Assembly: GCA_951406725.2 (NCBI GenBank)
Contig: OX597814.1
Span: forward strand, 67,580,001 to 67,644,000
Source: Octopus vulgaris
Lineage: Eukaryota
Direction of reading: 5' to 3'
Length of the DNA: 64,000 bases
Shown in pieces: positions 43,529 through 56,242 of this stretch; position 1 is the stretch's first letter; the number at the start of each line of letters is the position of its first letter. A program made the translations under genes and the position numbers. The notes beneath the pieces were generated by a model, which was given only the letters and a program-made list of their open reading frames with translations, had not been told where the DNA came from and searched no databases.

Positions 43529-44861
43529 ACACATATATATATATATGTAATGTGTGCATTATGTGGCCGGTTGAGCTGAAAATATGACACCTATGTTAAA
43601 AGTACTGGCGAGTTTGCATGGCAACTATTTTTTTCCTCAAATGAAAGGCGTGACCTCTAGGACAAAATTCCTCATCTTATAAAATGTGGCCCGAGCAGAC
43701 CCGAATGAAATCGGGTTATATTAACCAAAATGTGAAAAGGGGTCTAAATGGGGCTGGAAGGGGATTAAAATTTACAGGAGCGGGTGTTTAGGAATTCTCT
43801 ATTACATCAAACTAAAAAATCTGCGCCAGCCTTTAAATCGTCAATGCGTTGCCGTCCATCATGAAGAAGGTTTGTATACTTGCCATGGTGAGTCTACTGT
43901 CGTGAGAAAGAATCACTTCAGAACTTGGTGTTTAATAATTTTCTTTTACATCAAGTTCAAAATTTCATGCCAGCCGTTAAACTGCCACTACGTTGCTGTC
44001 CGCCGTTAAGAAATGCCATGGTGACTCTACTATCCTCAGATTCTATCCCTTCAAACTTTGGTTTCCAATATTTTTAAAATTTTTATTCAGCTCGCAAGTT
44101 CGTCTGTCCCTTTTAAATGTTAGGTGTGGTTACTAGGGCAAAAAACGCACACTTTGACAAGTCTGCTCCCATTCATGGCAACTATTTTTTTCTTCAAATG
44201 AAAGGCGTCATCTCTAGAACAAAATTCCTCATCTTATAAAATGTGGCCCGAGTAGACCCGAAAGAAATCGGGTTATATTAACCAAAATGTGAAAAGGGGT
44301 CTAAATGGGGCTGGAAGGGGATTAAAATTTACAGGAGCGGCTGTTTAGGAATTTTCTTTTACATCAAGTTCAAAATTTTTCGCCAGCCGTTAAACTGCCA
44401 CTACGTTACTGTCCGTCGTTAAGAAATGCCAGCCATGGTGACTCTACTATCCTCAGATTTTATCCCTTCAAACTTTGGTTTCCAATATTTTTGTAATTTT
44501 TATTCAGCTTGCAAGTTCGTCTGTCCTTTTAAATGTTAGTGTTTTGCTGTCTGTCTTGAAGCAGACCTTTCCGTTGTCACTGCTTGATATTTATGATTGA
44601 TCTTTCAAAATATTTTACTTTCACAACTTACTCAAGATCTTTTGTTGTTTATAAATGGGAGAGAAATAGATAGAGAAAGATAGAGAGTAAGAGAAAGCGA
44701 AGGCGAATCCGAGAGAAAGAAAGAGTAGGAGAGTAGGAAAGTGAGAGAGAAAGGAGAGAGAAACTAAGAGGGATAATGTGGTGATAAAAAACAGAAAGGG
44801 AGCAACAGAAAGTAACAACCACACTCTTACTCGCGCGTAGAGCGGGTCACTTTAAGCTAGT
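42540..44861 (+). mobile_element. non-autonomous Helitron-like element with internal tandem duplications
   Basis: Internal repeats 43617-43810 / 44174-44365, 43935-44125 / 44350-44540 and 43110-43200 / 44608-44700. 3' end ctcgcgcgtagagcgggt...CTAG-T. Confidence 0.5.
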
Positions 44862-45109
44862 TATTTATATTTTGCTTGTTTCAGTCTTTGGACTTTGGCC
44901 TTGCTGGGGCACCACCTTAAAGAGTTTACTTACTCGTATTCTATCGGCCCTTTTTGCCGAACCGATAAGATACGGTGACATAATCAAACCAACACTAGTT
45001 GTCAAGTGGTGGTGGGGACAAACAAGAACACCGCACCCCATCCCATCCCACTCCACACACACCCACAAACCCATACATGCACACACACACACATACACAC
45101 ACGCATCAC

Positions 45110-45475
45110 GTTGTCCAGAAAGTTCTGAGCGTTTTTAAACTAAATCTTTTAATACTTCACTGAACACACCTGAAACGCAACACAGTTAAAACTTTGTTGT
45201 TTGAAGTGGTAGTGCATTTCATCTTTGTTCCTGACTAAAAACAGATTTATCTTTCATTCCGGTCACCCTTTATTGACATTTGAAATTGATAACCAAAACT
45301 TTCATATTCGCGTCATAATGTTTTTTTCTGTTTTTACAAAAGGAGTAAATACTGCTAAGACTTGTAAAAAATTTTGTGAAGTTTATGGCGATGATGCTGT
45401 TGATGAATTAACTGTTCGAAGGTGGTGTGCAAAATTTTAATTTAGCTTGGAAGATGACAGTTGCAGTGGAACACT
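45110..45475 (+). mobile_element. 5' fragment of a mariner (Mos1/Hsmar-like HTH)
   Basis: HIRVIMFF..F.KG.NTAKTCKKFCEVYGDDAVDELTVRRWCAKF. Confidence 0.75.
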
Positions 45476-45600
45476 TTCAATACAGTAACCATAAGAGCAT
45501 CAAACCAAACCACAGCACATACCCAAGACACACAAAGCTGCGCTCAGTAGTGAAATGAAAGCACGTTATAAAAATAAAACTACTGAATAATAATAATAAT
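45476..45600 (+). mobile_element. 3' end fragment of an R4/Dong-like LINE
   Basis: Aligns to the 3' UTR at 50100-50212 and ends aaaactactg-(AAT)n. Confidence 0.85.
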
Positions 45601-45604
45601 GATA

Positions 45605-48225
45605 ACATTCCCACAAAACGCCTTCTTGGCAAGAGCGTATCCAACACCAAATTAAGCTACTTAGGTGTGACATAGAATTTTTGAAAACCTTAAGTTTGAC
45701 AAGACTACCAAACCTATAAAAACCCGGAAATTAAAGAAAAAATATAATATGAAAACCATACTTGACATTGATGCCACCATAGAAACCATCAATCAAAAGG
45801 TATGTGCTAAAGCTGTCCGCATAGCAAGGTATGAAAAGCGTGTTAGATTCTTCAAGGACAGCAACATGTTCAAAAATAGCCCCAAAACTTTTTACAGGAA
45901 AACAGGGAAAACACCAGATACTGTAAAGTCTGTCCCATCAAAAGAAGAAGTACAGAGATTTGGGAATAAAATTTGGGCAGAAGAAAAAACACACAACGAA
46001 AAGGCCCCTTGGATTGATAGAATATCTACAGACTTGGACTCCTTAGAGGAGCAAAAGTGGGAGGGTGTCAAGGTAGAAGATATAAGATCTGCTCTCGGGA
46101 GGTCAAGCAAATGGAAGTCTCCAGGAAAGGATAAAATTCCTAGCTTATAGTTGAATGCCTTCCCAGAGAGCCATAAACTGCTAACAAAACTTTACAACGA
46201 TGTTTTGCAACACCCTAGTATGATGCCCTCTTGGCTAGTTAATGGTTTAACATTCCTGCTTCCAAAAAGTGAAGAAACAAATGAACCAAAAAATCATAGA
46301 CCCATAACCTGCTTAACAGCTATGTATAAAATGCTAACATCTGTCCTGACGGAATATACCTATAGTTTTTTAATACAAAGCAGCATATTCCCTAATGAAC
46401 AAACATAATGTAAACGTGGATCCTATGGTTGTAAAGATCAGCTACTCATCAATAAGATGAGATGATCTTAGAAGATTGTTACAAACGACACAAAAACTTG
46501 TCAATAGCCTGGGTAGACTATAAAAAAGCTTTTGATAGCCTACCACATAGCTGGATTGAGAAATGCCTGGAAATGTATAAAATAGTGCCTACTCTGCAAA
46601 ATATTTTGTCTGTAAGTATCATGGAGAACAACATTAACTTTGAACAGTGATAATGAATCTCTAAATGCTGGTGATGTAAAAATTTCATGTGGGATTTTCC
46701 AAGGCGACTCACTATCAGCACTCCTCTTTTGTTTAGCCTTAATACCTCTCTCAAAATTGCTCAATGATGCACAGTACAGTTATAAAATGCTCGATAAAAA
46801 TATAAATCATCTCATTGCAAAAAACGACCAACAACTAAAGGACTTACTAGCGATTGTTAAACAATTCATTGATGACATCAGAATGCAATTTGGCCTCGAT
46901 AGATGTGCAAAAGCTACCTTTTGTACATTTACAGTTTCAATATCAGTTTACAGTTTCAATATCATTAAAACTGTTGACAATGCATAGAATGCACCACCCT
47001 AAGGCAGATATAGAACGACTTTATCTGCCTAGAAAAGAAGAAGGCTGTGGACTTTTACAACTGGCATTAACAATGAAGATTGCCACAATTGGCCTAGACA
47101 CCTACCTGAAAAACTCTGAGACTGGATGTTAAAACTTGTTTCAAAACATGAAAACAAGAAAGCATCATACTCAGTAACAAAACAGGCAAAGGAATATCTA
47201 AGTGAATTCCAAATACCACAAATTCTATAATCAGACATACGAGAAACAAGCGCATGAAAACCCGTGCTAAAACTGCTGCTTAGATATTATGAATGACAAA
47301 TGGCAAGAAAAACCTCTCAATGGCAAATACCCAAAGAGAGCGAATTATGCCGATGTTGACGAAGCCCTGACCCATCAATGGCTAATAGCTTCTGGCTTAA
47401 AATCTAAAACAGAAGGGTTTATCATAGCAGCTCAAGATCAATGCCTACCTACAAGGAACTACTAGGCCAACATATTAAAGAACGGCAGTAGCCCAACATG
47501 TCGTGTATGTCAACAACAAAATGAAACCATTGATCATGTTGTTTCCAAGTGCAGTCATCTTGCGCCTACAGAGTATCTCAACAGGCATGATAGAGCTGCA
47601 CAATATATTCACTGGGTAATTTGCAAAAGCCTGGACTTGCCCCATGATAAAAACTGGTGGGAACACAAACCACCTCCAGTGCTTGAAAATGATCACATCT
47701 CACTCCTCTGGAACTTTACCATTCAAACTGACAGAAAGATAAATGTGAATAAGCAAGGCATCATATTGAAAGACGTCAGACAAAAATGATGCCTCCACAT
47801 TGATATGACTGTTCCAATCGATATAAACGTATCTATCAAGACCAACCAAAAACTGAGCAAATATAAAGATCTGGAAATAGAAATTAGCAAAATGAGGAAC
47901 CTGAAGACTAAAACAATACCTGTTGTCATAGGTGCCCTGGGAATGATAGCAAAAGGGACTGATTGCTACCTAGCTCAGATACCAGGAAACCCCAAAATTG
48001 CAGAAATTCAAAAGATAGTGCTCATGGGAATTGCCCATATCCTACGCAAAATACTTTCTATGTAATCTCAAGTTTTAAAACAAGCATAATTTTCTTAAGC
48101 ATTCTCTAGAACAACACTAAGTACCCTAGGCATAACACCAACATGAACTTCCAACTTGTTGTCTCTTGAGGTCTCTGAGCGAGACTTGGAGCCAATTTGC
48201 ACAAATGTAAAGCAAAAGTCAAACA

Positions 48226-48227
<2 letters not shown>
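45605..48227 (+). mobile_element. R4/Dong-like RLE non-LTR retrotransposon, degenerate
   Basis: RT motifs (WKSPGKD, RPITCL, WVDYKKAFDS, GIFQGDSLS), C-x2-C...H..C knuckle, RHD and restriction-like endonuclease (K..KY.DL). Followed by (TAA)n. Confidence 0.92.
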
Positions 48228-48277
<50 letters not shown>

Positions 48278-48305
48278 GGGATGTCTTTGATTTTCATGAG
48301 AGGGA

Positions 48306-50212
48306 CTCATGAAAACCAAAGACATCCCCATTAGAAGAGCAATATTCCAGGGAGACACGTTATCTCCACTCCTTTTCTGCTTGGCACTGTCACCTCTATC
48401 TGATATGCTAAATAGAACTGGATGCGGATATAAATGTTACGGCAAAACGATCAGCCACCTTTTATATATGGATGACCTAAAACTATACGCTGCAAATGAC
48501 AAACAGCTGGAAACACTATTAAAGACAGTTCATGGATTTACCAAAGAAATAGATATGAAATTTGGATTAGAAAAATGCGCCAAAGTAACCATGAAAAGAG
48601 GAAAACTAGTTAAGAGTAGCAACATCACACTAGATAAAACCAATGAAATAAAAGAATTAGACCAAAACCAAACTTACAAATACTTAGGAATCCATGAACT
48701 AGATAAGACTCAACACACACAAATGAAAGAGAAAATAAAAAAAGAATATTATAGACGAGTTAGATCAATATTAAAAACAGAGCTCAATGCTAAAAACAAG
48801 ATAATAGGTATTAACATTTTAGCTGTCCCAGTTATAAGTTACAGCTACAATATCCTTAACTGGACACTAAATGAACTGACCAAAATAGATAGGAAAACAA
48901 GAAAAATAATGACAGGATCTAGGATGCATCACCCAAAATCTGACATAGAAAGACTATATATACAACGTGTAGAAGGTTGTAGAGGCCTTATACAACTGGA
49001 AAACTACTATAAAATAACCACCATAGGATTGCAAAAATATCTACTTCAGAAGGAAGGAAAACTGATACAAATAGCGGCAAAACACGAGCGAAACAAAAAA
49101 CTGTTCTCAGTATTTAAGGAAGCTGACAAATACAAACAAGAAATCATACCACCTAATAAATATGAAGAAGAAGAAGAAGAAGAAGAAGAAGAAGAAGAAG
49201 AAGAAGAAGAAGAAGAAGAAGAAGAAGAAGAAAAAGAAGAAGAAGAAGAAGAAGAAGTAGAAGAAGAAGATGTAGAAACAACAAAAGCTATAAAACAAAT
49301 GAAATCCAAACTAAAAATAGAACAGCAACGAACCATGATAAAACGATGGCAAGAAAAGCCCCTTCGCGGTAAATACTGGACTAAACTAAACGCAAAAGAA
49401 ATAGACAAAGAAAAAGCCCAGCAATGGTTGAGAAGCTCTGGACTCAAAGCAGAGACAGAGGGATTTTTAATTGCAGCACAAGACCAAAGCCTCCCCACCA
49501 GAAATTACCAAAAACATATAATGAAAAGAAATATAACAAGTAACTGCAGAATATGCGGAGATGTACAAGAAACAATAAATCATATTATCTCTAGCTGCCC
49601 AGTCCTGGCTAAGAAGGAATATATTCACAGACATGACAAAGTTGGAACCTACATACATTGGAAGCTATGCCAACATTATGGAATAACAACAGAAAAAAGA
49701 TGGTATAGGCACACACCAGAAAAGGTCACAGAAAACGAGAAAGCAACCATACTCTGGGATATGCCGATACACACAGATAGAGAAATTAAGGCCAATAGAC
49801 CAGATATAGTTGTCAGAGATCATGAAGAAAAAAATGCTTTCTAATTGATGTATCAATACCGGCAGATGACAACGTGTCTCTAAAAGAAATGGAGAAACTC
49901 TCAAAATACAAAGACCTGGAAATAGAGGTAACTAGAATGTGGAATCTAAAAACAGAAACAATTCCTATCATAGTAGGTGCATTAGGCATGATAAAAAAAT
50001 ATTCAGACAAATACATAACAAGAACACCAGGACTTACAAATACATATAACATACAGAAAATTGCACTACTAGGCACTGCACACATCCTTACGCAGAGCAC
50101 TTTCCATACAATAACTATCAGAGCATCACAACAAATCACAGCACATACCCAAGGCACACAGAGCTGCGCTCGGTAGTGAAGTGAAAGCACGCTATAAAAA
50201 TAAAACTACTGA
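48306..50212 (+). mobile_element. 5'-truncated R4/Dong-like LINE, nearly intact ORF
   Basis: 511-aa ORF: IFQGDTLSPLLF, LYMDDLK, CRIC..ETINHIISSC, HRHD, RPDIV. After a frameshift at an A-run near 49830 it continues IDVS..K..KYKDL. Inserted in (TAA)n. Confidence 0.95.
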
Positions 50213-50301
50213 ATGATAATAATAATAATAATAATAATTATTATTATTATTATTATTACTATAATAACGACAATAATAACAACAACAACAACAACAACAA
50301 C

Positions 50302-50370
<69 letters not shown>

Positions 50371-50393
50371 AAGAAGAATAAATATAAACTTAC

Positions 50394-51328
50394 TTTACAG
50401 TCTGTGGACCTCCATAAAATGCAACAGCAATAACTTGATTGACGAAGGCTGACATTGTTGTACAAATGATGAATAGGAATGTTATGCTTATAAGTGTAAC
50501 AGTCATACGCTGTTGGTCCATGACTGACGAACTCTGACGGCCCTTTGCTTGCATACAACGGCGCAGTTTCTGTGCTTGGTGAACAGCATACACAAGATAA
50601 AAATTAATAACGGTTAATGTGACCAGTGGGATGGCATTGACTAGGAGAATATGAAACCACCGGATAATGAGTGACTCGGTATTTGAGAAAAACGTTGATA
50701 ACTGTGTTGTGTAGCAATCACCCGAGCTATCAAGTTCAACATAGAACATAAAGAACTTTGGCAGATTTTCTAACGATGAAGCAAAAAACACGATAGCTGA
50801 CTTAAGGATAGCATAACTTCGTTTACATAATGTCTTTGCATGGAACGGATATCGTACAAATCGGAACCGATCGATTGTCAAAACCATTGTCAACCAAATA
50901 CTTGATGTCACAAAAATATTAACGACCGGAAAGAAAATTTTACTATCATAAATCTTCCAAAAATAACTTTTGTTACCAGATCCTTGTGATACAGTGTTGT
51001 AGAAAAATGTCAAGAACAAAACACAAAAATCAGCGACTGCTAGAAGTTGGAGATATGTGTATGGCGACTGGTTCAGCTTCCGATGTGATAGTACAATGAA
51101 ATTCAACAGATTGCTGATAATGCCAAATCCGCATACAACTGGGGTGACGACGCGACTAAATATTATCTGAGCTGTTTGTAGGGTCGTCACTGTGTAATTA
51201 GAGTGTTTGCTGCAGGTACAGGTGCTATTGTTGATAACATCGACGACTTGTTGAATTAAGCGGTCGCTGTTAAGTCCACTTAGGTTGGTTTTTAGTTCGG
51301 AATTACTCAAATATTTAGGAATTGACAT
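50394..51328 (-). CDS. rhodopsin-class GPCR (FMRFamide/sex-peptide-receptor-like, Srw-type), exon 1: TM1-TM6
   Basis: First ATG at 51328 (MSIPKY). N-glycosylation sequons NLS/NNS/NYT, TM1 GIISN, TM2 LAVAD, TM3 DRF, TM5 NAIP. The apparent ORF stop is the GTAAGT donor (AA|gtaagt). Confidence 0.93.
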
Positions 51329-52369
51329 TTTGATATTTTCTTTGTCTTTTCTGTTCTTATTTCGGTTTTGCAAATACAGATTAATAAGGATCTTATTCTA
51401 GAATGAGTTGAAGATAAGCTGTTCCAGAAATGGTTTTATATAAACACAGTACTAATAATTTGAGATAAACAATGTCACGTGTAGCCATATAGTTGGCTGC
51501 AGCATCTCATCCAAACGAATTTTATCTTCAATACTAAAATTATAATGGAATCGATCAGAGTGTCTGTGCTTTTATCTCGGTTGTTGCCAAGACATTAGTG
51601 TTATGTTGCAATATCTGTAATAAATTGCCAGTTGGTTTGACTATAATATACCTTCTTATCGCTCGTTCGTTTCTCAGTTACATTCAAGACGACACTTAAT
51701 GTCTTCTTTAGTAAACCATGTAATGAGATGATGTAGAAATATTATTGACTACAGTCCCTCAGCTGAAATATTATACTCGAGAGGCAAATTAACTACAACT
51801 CACGCATCAACTTGCCAATAAAAATTATATGACAGTTTAGTAAGATAGATTCTGACGCAACGTAATTTTATCTAATCCGATATCTGTCTATTTGATGATT
51901 TGAAGTTGATAAGAAGTTGTTGTAGGTCTAATGATCTAAAGTTTAAGCATGTATGGTTGCACATGTATTTGTAAATGCTTTATATGTTTACATGTTGTCT
52001 ATACAGTTAATTATAATTATGTATAACAATGATTTATACTTTTATTTTATTCAGCAGTTAATTTGTGTGTTTAATTTCATTTCAAAGCATATCTTACTCG
52101 TTTGAAAGAACAAGTTGAAAATAATTGAATATTTTAATGAACTGAGATCGTGAGTGATGATGAAAATAAAAGTGCATTAAAATTATTATGTATGTTTCAA
52201 GTATTTTAAATTTATGTTTTGCGTTCAAACTTTTGAAATATGTATTTTAACGAATTTTATTGTATACGCCTCTTTCAGTCAAGAAAGAAAAAGAGTACTA
52301 AACGAAAATATTTGAATTTATAGACCATTGCTTACTATTGGCATTTGTATTTATATTGGTTCTATGTTC

Positions 52370-53050
52370 TGAGTGCCCAGGCGAGTGTGGTAAGTGAAAG
52401 CAAATTGTCCAAAAAGTAATGCAAAAGCTGGCATAACTTTTTCTTATTAACTGACATTTGGATCATTCATGTTGCTCATATTCGGAGAGTAGCTCTTCCT
52501 CTAGAGAAGCACTGCTTATTCTTTTTCAGTGCAAGCAAATAATGGGTTCCAAACAGAAAAAAGCATTCTACCATTGAGTTTTTAACGGAGGACTGAAAGG
52601 TGTCCGAAATCCACAGAAGGCTACAAATTGATTACGAAAATAGGCCATTGATAAGAGGCTGAGGTTTAAAGAAGCAAAAGTCAGTATCGACTACAAACCA
52701 AGCAGTGGGAGACTATCAACTGCTACCACTGACATGAGAGGACAAAATGATTGCTGTAGACAGACGAGTCACAGTCTATGAACTTACTACTCAACTCAAC
52801 TGTGGTCACTGTACAATATAGAATATAGTGGAAGACCTTAGACATTGGAAAAGGTATGTAAAGTGGGTACATCAGCAGTTGACACTTCTTCAAATCAAGA
52901 AAATAATCGGTAAATCGGGCTGGTCAGTTCTCCCACTCCATCCACTTTAGAGATAGCATCTAGCGTCCTCAGACTTACGCCTGTTTGGTGATATTTGTTT
53001 CATCAATTGTTAGTCGATAAAAGGTATGATTTCCTATAAGTTACCTCCCA
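52370..53050 (+). mobile_element. highly degraded mariner remnant
   Basis: Traces of IEF..EG....EIHRRL, KPSSGRLST and KV..KWV frames. Confidence 0.4.
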
Positions 53051-53269
53051 TGATATGTGTATTTATTTATCCTCAAATCTTGTACAGTCACGTGTAGCTT
53101 CGTGTTTTCTCATCTAAAATGGAGACGTGTACCAATGTTCCTATTTGGCAGGCTTCATAATTGTCGAGAGATTTCTCACTAGATGAAACCAGAGGTAGCC
53201 TTGTTAATCCACAAATGAAAAATTCTTATCCACCAACTCGATGTAGAACACTCATTCTCAACTAAAAAG

Positions 53270-53539
53270 TTCGCCTCCGAGACACAAGTCTAGACAAGGT
53301 TGTTTATGAAAGACCAGCAGTCGCCCATCCATGCCAGTCACGCCTCCCAATGCTATTGATGATATTCAAAGGAAAGGCGAAGACCGTTACAGCTTCGTAC
53401 CACCGACGTCGCAACTCATTTCTACAGCTGAGTGAACTGGAGCAATGTTAAGGTCTGGCTCAAGAACTTAACATACAACCTGGTCCGGGAATCAAACTCA
53501 CTACCTCATGATTTTGAGCCGAGGGTCTATGCACTGAGC
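53270..53539 (-). mobile_element. tRNA-derived SINE (33050 family)
   Basis: Aligns with 33100-33380. Confidence 0.75.
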
Positions 53540-53744
53540 TATATATATATGTGTTTGTGTGTGAGTGCGTGCGCGCGCACGTGTAGAGCATGTGGGTGTA
53601 GGTGTATGTGTGTGTAGTTAAATACACATACGCGCACACGCTTATATTCATATATAGGCATATATATATATACAACATACTTACACACACACTCACATAC
53701 ATATATATACATGTACACAAAAGTGTATGTATGTGTATTTATGT

Positions 53745-55505
53745 CATTAGCAAACTGCTTCTCCACTTAAGCTTCTCTGGGGATTTTGGCTAGTAAGAAT
53801 GACCATTGGCTACATCATCGCTCTCTTTATCTATTATAGCTAAAATATAGCCATTTTTCATTGATAATATTTATTCGTAATTTTCATTGATAAAATATAT
53901 TCGTAGTTTTCATTGTTAAAAGAATTTTTCACCTGTTTATTATAATTTTAGTTAATGACACGATTTTTGAAAGCTAAGTAAACCTTTTCTATTAAAGTTA
54001 TTTTAATAACTTATGTTATATTGTATTGGATACTATATAACTACTGATTGTTAATTTGGTTCTATAATTATTTAGTTGTTGAATATATGTATTTTATTTT
54101 TAGATTATAACTGTACGTTATTTGTAAGTTATTACTTAGCCAAGGAGATATATAGATCGTTAAATAGTTATACGATTCTTTTAAGATAGGTTATACGTTT
54201 ATAATTTGCTTTTTTATCTTTAATTTTTTAATATATTTCATAAATATATTATATTAATATATAATATTTACGTAAATAATAATGGACTAATTAATTTATT
54301 TATTTTTCATTATATGTCTATATATTTATTGATAGAGTAAATTTTAGATCTTAATTATTATATTTATTGATAATAATTTAGTTATTATTCTTAAATATTT
54401 TATAATTATTAGATGTGAACTTAAATTCTAAAATATGAATAGTGATTATTTTGTTAAATAATTTAGATATTGACTATAACTGAGTTAAGGATATTCGTGA
54501 GTTTATTATGTTTTTTAAAGGTATATTATATCTTAATAGATAAATACATTTTTCTATCTAAGTCCGAGGTTTTTCATTAAATGGATAATATCCTTCCTAA
54601 AACGATACTGTGTTGGTCCATTTGTATTAGCGGTTAAAGCGAGGGCATCGTCTTTGTAGATGGCGAAATATACATTAGGAAAGGTCTTACCCAACGTATC
54701 GAGTAGAAATAATCCAATAAGATCGCATATGCCTGCTCCATCATATGACCCCATGCTTACATCGAAAGCACTCTCTGTGTCGGTAGTTTACTCAGTGTTT
54801 TTACAATTTTTCCGGTGTGTTTTTGTAGACGTATGTATAATCCTTTTTGTGCGTGCGTGTGTATGCGTATATAGACGTGTGCGGGTATGTGCATATATGG
54901 GCGTGTGAGTGTGTGCGTGCATAAGGTTATGTTCGTATATGAACGTGGTTTAATCGTTGTATACTTACTTATGCCTTTTTTCTGTATTGCTACCTTTAAC
55001 CCTGTTTTTTCTTGTGCTTGTGGGTATGTAGACGTATGTATGAACTTTTACGGTGCGTATGTGTGTGTGTGTGTGGGGGGGTTGTATGTATATGCATATA
55101 TATTTGGCGAAAGATGCGAGTGAAGATGTGTACGTTTTTCTAGTGATGTATGCGTACGTTCCTGGGTTGCGGGCGCACATGTGTACATATGACCGGGCGC
55201 GCTTACGCGTATACTATGAACTTTTTACCCCTTACCTTAATTAACGGTCATTCGAATAGCGCTTTTGTCTAAATAGCGTCAATAACACAGTAATTTCCCT
55301 TTGTATAACGATCTTTTTTCATAACGTTTTTCCGATGGCCGAATAACTGAAGAGATGGTGGTGTGGATTTCCACCTCGGCATCCGAAGCTCAGAGTTTCA
55401 TCTTGGCTACCGAATAATTGTCACATATTACATTTACAGATAAATTCCTCTATTTACATAATATTGAGGTCTCTTTGTTTCTTTTGTTATCTTACCGTTT
55501 TTACC
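53745..55505 (-). mobile_element. Penelope-like element: RT fragment, AT-rich body and inverted pLTR
   Basis: MGSYDGAGICDLIGLFLL...IYKDDAL resembles the PLE RT MGS.DGAE.C.LVGL..YRDD motif. A hammerhead lies on the opposite strand at 55336. Confidence 0.75.
55336..55410 (+). ncRNA. degenerate type I hammerhead in a Penelope pLTR
   Basis: CTGAAGA-gatg...catc-c-GAAG-ct-cag-agtt with imperfect stem I. It lies next to a Penelope RT fragment. Confidence 0.4.
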
Positions 55506-55619
55506 AATATATATATACATAGACATATATATATATATATCTATGTATATATATATATGTGTGTGTGTGTAAACTTACTTGGAGAAGAGAAATAACGCGT
55601 GCGTTCGGTCATATAATAA

Positions 55620-55693
55620 TATAATAAATAAATAAAATACATGCATATATGCATACATATATGTACATACTTACATCTACATGTATATATACA

Positions 55694-55745
<52 letters not shown>

Positions 55746-56025
55746 TACAGGACACCACAAATAACGTAGAACACAACGAGAGACGAAAACATAAAATCAA
55801 ACAAGGAAACGGACTTTTTTTTAACAACGAAAAAACAAGGAAACGGACTTTTTTAAAACAACGAAAAAACAGAGTACAGGACAAACAATACAAGGAAAAT
55901 TCCCCTTCATCAGCTGCCCTGGTTCGACTCTATGCGTGTTTCGAAGGTAAGGGCAGAACACGGCCAGTTCGAAGCAATCCTTCCTGCAAAAGGAATTAAA
56001 TAAAATTCTTTTGCAGAGGGGTAAA
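55620..56025 (-). mobile_element. second copy of the TA-embedded repeat carrying the rearranged hammerhead
   Basis: Homologous to 15467-15810. Confidence 0.65.
55902..55962 (-). ncRNA. putative rearranged hammerhead ribozyme, copy 2
   Basis: cgtg-TT^-ctgccct ta ccttc-GAAA-cacg ...agggcag-CTGATGA-agggg. Stem III cgtg/cacg, stem I ctgccct/agggcag. Confidence 0.62.
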
Positions 56026-56242
56026 ACAAGTGACAAGAACAGGATGTAAAAGCAATACAAATGAAGAAAAAACAGTAGAAAAAACAGTACAAATAAAGAA
56101 ACAGGACAGGGAACCAACAATAAGGGCTTTTTTGCCTAGACGGTGGAAAAATTAGTTAGAACGCATGTGAAAAATCGGCTTGCGAAGGACAGAGAAGTCG
56201 ATCTATACTTGTTGAAGCGCGAAGCTATATATATTATACATA

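Noticed and set aside
50390-50393. GPCR as a pseudogene truncated by a LINE insertion
   Set aside because: The apparent stop is part of a GTAAGT donor, and a phase-compatible TM7 exon exists at 36664-36475.
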